DNA of 64,000 nt. It comes from Dictyostelium discoideum. Taxonomy: Eukaryota. A model generated the notes under the pieces. It was not told where the DNA came from and searched no databases. It was given only the letters and a program-made list of their open reading frames with translations. Positions 57,631 through 64,000 of the stretch are shown one piece after another (position 1 is the first letter of the stretch; each line of letters opens with the position of its first letter). The translations under genes and the position numbers were made by a program. Where the stretch lies: contig CM000151.3 of assembly GCA_000004695.1 (NCBI GenBank), positions 3,520,001-3,584,000 on the forward strand. The letters are read 5' to 3'.

Positions 57631-58371
57631 CTGTGAGCGTGTAAATATTGGATTAAATTTTATTGAATATTATTGTGTCCAAATTTAACCCAATACAAAA
57701 AAAATTATAATTTTTTATTATTTTTATTATTATTTTCATTATTTTTTTTATTTTTTTTTTTATTTTTTATTTTTTATAAAATCTCAAAAATTGAGAATAA
57801 CAATGAAAAAAAAAAAAAAAAAAAAAAAGAAAAAAAAAGAAAAGAAAAAAAGTGTGTGTATTTTTTGTGCATATTGAATAGAAAATGTGTGGGGATCTTA
57901 AAATTTTTTTTTAATTTTTTTTTTTTAATAATGGTGTTAGTATTATTTTTTTATTTTTTATTTTTTTTTTATTTTTTTTATTTTTTTTATTTTTTTTTAT
58001 TTTTTTTTTTTGTACATTAGATTGTGAGGAGACATCTTACTCAGTTGAGAAAACAATAATTTATTTTTATGATTCATAGATTTACTATGTTAATCATCTA
58101 TGTTGTCAGTTTTAATTCAAACATTATTAAAATAATTTTTTTTTTTTAATTTTTTTTTTTTTATTTTTTTTTTTTTTTTTTAAACTGTTGTTGAACAAAA
58201 AAAAAAAAAAAAAAAAAAACAAAAACAAAAACAAAAAAATATTTAAACCAAAAATTAAAAATATAAATAAAAATATAAAAAATAAAAATATAATTGTTGA
58301 AAAGAAAAAAAAAAAAAAAACAAAAAAACAAAAAAAAAAATTACTTGCACACAAGTGGTAATTTAAAAAAT

Positions 58372-58428
58372 ATGGCTTTATTTGAAATTATTATTTCATT
58401 ATTTGTTGTTTATATTATACATAATGCT
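58372..58428 (+). CDS. P450 copy 2, exon 1 (MALFEIIISLFVVYIIHNA).
   Basis: Donor GTAAGT. Confidence 0.7.
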
Positions 58429-58566
58429 GTAAGTCCTATTATTTTATATTAAAAAAAATAAAAATAAATATAATTAATCTAAATTATTATTATTATTATT
58501 TTTAAAAATAATCATTTTTTAATTTTTTAATTTTTTATTTTTAAAATAATTATTTTAATTAATCAG

Positions 58567-58812
58567 ATTTCAAAATATAAAAAAATTCATGTTAATGAGT
58601 TATGTGGTCCAACCCCAATTCCAATTTTAGGAAATCTCCATCAATTTGGAGAATTACCTCATAGAGTATTAACAAAGATGACTAAAAAGTATGGCCATAT
58701 TTTAAGGGTTTATATGGCAGACATGTACACTGTTGTTGTATCTGATCCATTATTAATTAGAGAAATGTATGTTGATAATTCTGATATTTTCACCGATAGA
58801 GTTAAAAAACCA
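58567..58812 (+). CDS. P450 copy 2, exon 2.
   Basis: [82 protein letters not shown]. Donor GTATGT. Confidence 0.8.
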
Positions 58813-59071
58813 GTATGTATCAAAATTAAATAATTAATAAATTGTGTGTTAATTTATTTTTTTTTTAATTATTAATTATTTATTTATTAATTATTAATTA
58901 TTAATTATTTTATTTAAAAAATAAAAAATTTATAAATAATTAATAATAATAATTAATTAAAATAATTAATAATTTAAAAAAAAAAAAAAAATTAATTATT
59001 AATTATTAATTATTTATTTATTAATTATTAATTATTAATTATTTTATTTAAAAAATTAAAAATTTAAATAG

Positions 59072-59651
59072 TCAGTTGAACATGGAACATTTTATCATGG
59101 TACAGTTACAAGTTATGGTGAACATTGGAAAAACAATAGAGAAATTGTTGGTAAAGCAATGAGAAAAACAAATTTAAAACATATTTATGAATTATTAGAT
59201 AAACAAGTTGATGTATTAATAAGATCAATGAAATCAATTGAAACCAGTGGTAAAACATTTGATACTCGTTATTATATTACAAAATTTACAATGTCAGCAA
59301 TGTTTAAATTTCTTTTCAATCATGATATTCCAGAGGATGAAGATATTAATAAAGGTGATACACAAAAATTGATGGGTCCAATGTCTGAGGTTTTTCAAAA
59401 TGCTGGTAGAGGTAGTTTATTTGATGTCATAAATATTACTCAACCACTTTATCTTTTATATTTAGAAATGTTTGATCAAAGTTTTAAAGATATTATGAAA
59501 TATCATAGAGAGAAATATAATGAACATTTAAAAACCTTTGATCCAGATGTTGAAAGAGATTTACTTGATATTTTAATTAAAGAATATGGTACTGATAATG
59601 ATGATAAAATTTTATCAATTTTGGCAACAATTAATGATTTTTTCTTAGCAG
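59072..59651 (+). CDS. P450 copy 2, exon 3.
   Basis: [36 protein letters not shown]...NDFFLAG. Donor GTTTGT. Confidence 0.8.
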
Positions 59652-59703
59652 GTTTGTATTTATAAGTATTTATTATTATTATTATTTAAAAAAATAATAT
59701 TCT

Positions 59704-59739
<36 letters not shown>

Positions 59740-60142
59740 GTGTTGATACAAGTTCAACTGCTTTAGAATCAATGGTATTGATGTTAACAAATTATCCAGA
59801 AATTCAAGAAAAAGCATTTGATGAAATAAAGACAGTTGTAAATGGTAGAAGTAAAGTTAATTTATCAGATAGACAATCAACACCTTATTTAGTTGCTGTA
59901 ATAAAAGAAACATTAAGATATAAACCAATGTCACCATTTGGTTTACCAAGATCTTCATCAAAGGATTGTATGATTGGTGGTCATTTCATTCCAAAGAATG
60001 CACAAATTTTAATTAATTATCAAGCACTTGGAATGAATGAAGAATATTATGAAAATCCAGAACAATTTGATCCATCAAGATTTTTAAAAGTTGAATCAAA
60101 TGTTGCATTTTTACCATTTAGTATTGGTATTAGAAGTTGTGT
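59740..60142 (+). CDS. P450 copy 2, exon 4.
   Basis: (G)[24 protein letters not shown]...[15 protein letters not shown]...[12 protein letters not shown]. Donor GTATGT. Confidence 0.8.
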
Positions 60143-60215
60143 GTATGTATAATTAATTTTTAAAAAAAATTAAAAAATAAACAATTAATTAATCAATTAA
60201 ATTATTTTTTTATAG

Positions 60216-60384
60216 GGGTCAAAGTTTTGCTCAAGATGAGCTATACATTTGTATTTCAAATATTCTTTTAAATTTTAAATTAAAATCAATTGACGGTAAA
60301 AAGATTGATGAAACTGAGGAATATGGCCTCACACTAAAAACTAAAAATAGATTCAATGTAACTCTTGAAAAAAGAATTATCTAA
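60216..60384 (+). CDS. P450 copy 2, exon 5. Total 484 aa.
   Basis: (V)[55 protein letters not shown]. Confidence 0.8.
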
Positions 60385-60419
60385 TTTTTATATTTATTTA
60401 AATAATTATAATAATAATA

Positions 60420-60465
<46 letters not shown>

Positions 60466-60567
60466 AATTTAAAAAAAAACTATTTAACTTCAAAAACAAA
60501 AAAAAGGATTCATTGTGACTCAAAAAAGAAATAACAAATTTTTTAATATATTTTTTAAATAATTAAA

Positions 60568-60600
<33 letters not shown>

Positions 60601-60949
60601 AATTAAAAATATAAAATTAATAAAAATACTAGTTAACGCGATAACCTTATTTTTATTGGTTTGATATTTAACTTTATTATTCAAGAATTTCATTTTTTAC
60701 TTTCAAATTTAATAAAGATTTTTTTTTATTTTTTTTTAAAAAAGAGGGTTGGTTTTTTTTTTTTTTTTCAATTTGAAAAGAATCTTTACTTTTGAAGATA
60801 TTTATAAATTACTATAATTAATTTTTATTTTTTTTAATTTTATTTTTTTATTTTTTTTTGGCATATTTTATGGTTTTTTTTTTTGATTTTATAATTAAAT
60901 TTTTTTTTTTTTTTTTTTTTTTAATTTCATAAAATCAATTTTTAAAAAA

Positions 60950-61003
60950 ATGATATTTGGCATCATTGTGTATCTATTTTTAATTTATATTTTACATAAT
61001 GCT
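60950..61003 (+). CDS. P450 copy 3, exon 1 (MIFGIIVYLFLIYILHNA).
   Basis: Donor GTAAGT. Confidence 0.7.
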
Positions 61004-61119
61004 GTAAGTATTTTTTTATTATTTTTTCTTTTTTTTATTTTCTAAAAAATTTAAAAAACATGTTAGTCTACCAAAAAAAAAAAAAAAAAAAAATAAAAAA
61101 AAAAAAATAAAAATAAAAG

Positions 61120-61365
61120 TATTCAAAATATAAAAGATTAAATGAAAATCAATTACCAGGTCCTTTTCCAATTCCTATATTGGGCAACATTTATCAGTTA
61201 ACCAATTTACCTCATTTTGATTTAACAAAGATGAGTGAAAAATATGGTAAAATCTTTAGAATTTATTTAGCAGACTTATATACAGTTATTGTTTGTGATC
61301 CAATAATTGCAAGAGAGCTATTTGTTGACAAGTTTGACAATTTCATTGACAGACCAAAAATACCA
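61120..61365 (+). CDS. P450 copy 3, exon 2.
   Basis: [82 protein letters not shown]. Donor GTATGT. Confidence 0.8.
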
Positions 61366-61467
61366 GTATGTAAAATTTTTTTTTTTTTTATAATAGTTTT
61401 TATTTCTTTTTTTTTTAATAATAATAAATAAGATTAATTAATTAAATAAATAAAATAAAATAAATAG

Positions 61468-62486
61468 TCAGTAAAACATGGAACATTTTATCATGGTACA
61501 GTAGCATCAATGGGTGATAATTGGAAAAATAATAAAGAGATTGTTGGTAAGGCAATGAGAAAGACCAATTTAAAACATATTTATCAATTATTGGATGATC
61601 AAGTTGATGTATTAATTGAATCGATGAGAACCATTGAATCCAGTGGTGAAACATTTGATCCACGTTATTATTTAACCAAATTTACAATGTCAGCAATGTT
61701 TAAATATATTTTCAATGAAGATATTTCCAAAGATGAAGATGTGCATAATGGTCAATTAGCACAATTAATGAAACCAATGCAAAAGGTATTCAAAGATTTC
61801 GGTACTGGTAGTTTATTTGATGTTTTAGAGATAACAAGACCATTGTATTTCTTATATTTAGAATGGTTTACAAGTCATTATTATCAAGTTATTAATTTTG
61901 GTAAAATGAAAATTTATAAACATTTAGAAACTTACAAACCAGATGTTCAAAGAGACTTAATGGATCTATTGATTAAAGAATATGGTACAGAAACTGATGA
62001 TCAAATTTTATCAATCTCTGCAACAGTTAGTGATTTCTTTTTAGCTGGTGTTGATACTTCTGCAACTTCTTTAGAATTAATTGTAATGATGTTAATTAAT
62101 TATCCAGAATATCAAGAGAAAGCTTATAATGAAATTAAATCAGCATTATCATCAAATGGTGGCGGTGGTGGTGGTGGTTTAACTCAGAGAAATAAAGTTT
62201 TGTTATCAGATAGACAATCAACACCATTTGTTGTATCATTATTTAAAGAAACATTAAGATATAAACCAATATCACCATTTGGTTTACCAAGATCAACTAC
62301 CTCTGATATCATTTTAAATAATGGTCAATTTATTCCAAAGAATGCTCAAATTTTAATTAATTATCATGCATTATCTAGAAATGAAGAATATTTTGAAAAT
62401 CCAAATCAATTTGATCCAACTAGATTTTTAAATTCTGATTCAAATCCAGCTTTCATGCCATTTAGTATTGGTCCAAGAAATTGCGT
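61468..62486 (+). CDS. P450 copy 3, exon 3 (long; it contains the FLAG|VDTS position without an intron).
   Basis: [36 protein letters not shown]...[14 protein letters not shown]...[15 protein letters not shown]...[12 protein letters not shown]. Donor GTAATG. Confidence 0.85.
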
Positions 62487-62586
62487 GTAATGTATCTAAA
62501 TTATATTCTCACTCAATTACTTAATTGATTTGAGTATTATCATGTATATATTTTCAGATATTAATTTTTTATTTTTAATAATTTAG

Positions 62587-62749
62587 TGGAAGTAATTTTG
62601 CCCAAGATGAAATTTATATTGCATTATCAAATATGATATTAAATTTCAAATTTAAATCAATTGATGGTAAACCAGTTGATGAAACTCAAACTTATGGTTT
62701 AACATTAAAACCAAACCCATTCAAAGTAATTCTTGAAAAAAGAAAATAA
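62587..62749 (+). CDS. P450 copy 3, exon 4. Total 493 aa.
   Basis: (V)[53 protein letters not shown]. Confidence 0.8.
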
Positions 62750-62852
62750 AAAAAATAAATAAATAAATAAATAAATAAAAATATATTTATTAATTTAAAA
62801 GTACAAAACATATTTTTTATTTATTGTTTTATTATTATTATTTTAAAATTTA

Positions 62853-64000
62853 TTATTTTGTCCCCATAATAATTTTAACTTTTGGTGGAAATGGTACTTT
62901 ATCTTCAAATTTATAATTAATTAAATGAATTGTTTTTAAAGATGATGGGAAATTTTTAATTGGGTGGATAATGTTATCAAGATAAAGAGTTTCAAGTTGA
63001 TCAGGTAATTCAATTGATTCATTATTGAATTGATTATGAAGGTATAATATTTTAATTGAGCTTGGTATTGACAATGCTTGTCTTTTAATATCATATAAAT
63101 GTAATTCTTGAATTGATGATGGTAAAACACCATATCCTAATGATTTTGAAAATCCATCATGTATATGAAGACATTTTACATTCTTACCAATTGATTCAGT
63201 TGTTAATGGTTCATTAATTCTATAAAAGTGAACTGTTTTAGCTGAATCTGGTATAACATTCTTTGTGAATTTAATTTTACAATTATCATGAAAATGAATT
63301 TCATTAACTGAACTGCATTGAATATAGAATGCATGTGATTTTTTAATATCACCAATGTGTAGTACTTTAATTGATTTTGGAACAGAGTATACCAATTCTT
63401 TAAATCCATCTAATAATATTAATGTGTCAACTGAATTTGGTAAATTACCTTTAACAATTGGCCATGTATCTGCATAATCTCCATCAATCGATACACTCTT
63501 AACACCTGATTCAACTTTACCAATTACATATTTATTACTATTATTTTTAAAAATTTCAATTGATGCTACTTTTTTAATTTCAACCGGTGTAATTTTATCC
63601 AATGAAATTGTTGTTGTTGTGGTTGTTGTGGTGGTTGTATTTCTATTATCATACATTGTTGTTGAGTCTGGTAATGGAGCAGTTGGAATTGGTTGATAAT
63701 AAATTGGAGAACTCAAATTTGGTGTTGATAATGCTGATGATGATGAAATTATTGATTCTAAATAATTTATTTTTTCTAATAAAAATGAGGTGGTTTTTTG
63801 ATTACTGATATCTAATTGTTGGATTTTATCATATAATTTATTGAGTATTGGCGATAATGCAATGTAATGACAATTTGATTCATGTGATTGCAATTCTTTA
63901 ATTGGACCAACCCATGAACACATTAATGAACTTGCATTACATTTAACTGATTTTGAAGTACATTCATTTGAGTGTAATTTTAATTGTTCTCTTGTAAATT
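62853..64000 (-). CDS. FNIP-repeat-containing protein, 3' part. The gene continues upstream beyond the window end. The N-terminal readable portion has a Cys/His-rich zinc-finger-like segment.
   Basis: Repeated units of about 22-24 aa: LP.SI..L.FG..FN..I..LP.SL..L (FNIP repeats). The ORF is open to nt 64000 (...ECTSKSVKCNASSLMCSWVGPIKELQSHESNCHY). Confidence 0.7.
   Translation of the reverse strand, partial: FTREQLKLHSNECTSKSVKCNASSLMCSWVGPIKELQSHESNCHYIALSPILNKLYDKIQQLDISNQKTTSFLLEKINYLESIISSSSALSTPNLSSPIYYQPIPTAPLPDSTTMYDNRNTTTTTTTTTTISLDKITPVEIKKVASIEIFKNNSNKYVIGKVESGVKSVSIDGDYADTWPIVKGNLPNSVDTLILLDGFKELVYSVPKSIKVLHIGDIKKSHAFYIQCSSVNEIHFHDNCKIKFTKNVIPDSAKTVHFYRINEPLTTESIGKNVKCLHIHDGFSKSLGYGVLPSSIQELHLYDIKRQALSIPSSIKILYLHNQFNNESIELPDQLETLYLDNIIHPIKNFPSSLKTIHLINYKFEDKVPFPPKVKIIMGTK

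Noticed and set aside
62936-63808. Short ORFs 62936..63133, 63203..63409, 63602..63808
   Set aside because: Alternative-frame or antisense readings within the FNIP-repeat CDS.

Overview
The window is Dictyostelium discoideum-type nuclear DNA. It is about 75-80% AT overall, with intergenic and intron DNA that is almost pure A/T homopolymer and ATT/AAT microsatellite. Coding regions use AAT/CAA to encode long poly-Asn and poly-Gln tracts, and introns are short (80-200 nt) with GTAAGT/GTATGT donors and AG acceptors. It is a eukaryotic chromosomal arm region, so there are no operons and no CRISPR. What I can support: (1) Three discoidin I lectin genes (one 3' partial at the window start, a tandem copy 724 bp downstream, and a third copy 35 kb away) plus a discoidin pseudogene fragment preceded by about 40-bp tandem repeats. 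The two complete copies share TATA-containing promoter blocks. (2) Three tRNA genes (Leu-UAG, Glu-UUC, Phe-GAA), each with non-LTR retrotransposon remnants in the positions typical of Dictyostelium tRNA-targeted elements. TRE5-like 5'-truncated elements lie about 46-48 bp upstream of tRNA-Leu and tRNA-Glu. A degenerate TRE3-like element has its poly(A) end about 50 bp downstream of tRNA-Phe, next to an external B-box. (3) Protein genes, with intron/exon structures resolved by hand: a tandem pair of F-box-like paralogs that differ by N/Q-repeat expansions; a 1375-aa IRE1-like kinase + KEN ribonuclease gene with unusual catalytic-loop substitutions; endonuclease V; proteasome beta-7 (PSMB4-like, 4 exons); a legume-lectin-fold protein; a zinc alcohol dehydrogenase with a 26-nt micro-exon; a GST with a homopolymer frameshift; a Rab1-like GTPase with Gln-to-Glu in the G3 motif and a 17-nt first exon; three tandem cytochrome P450 genes whose intron complements differ; a tandemly duplicated secreted Cys-rich family (one intact copy, about 1.5 degenerate copies); a cluster of four tiny ESFC(I/V)AN-motif genes and pseudogenes; an unannotatable paralog pair; and the 3' 1.1 kb of an FNIP-repeat gene that runs off the window end. 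All coordinates come from manual reading frame and splice tracing. Homology calls come from recognisable motifs, not database searches.
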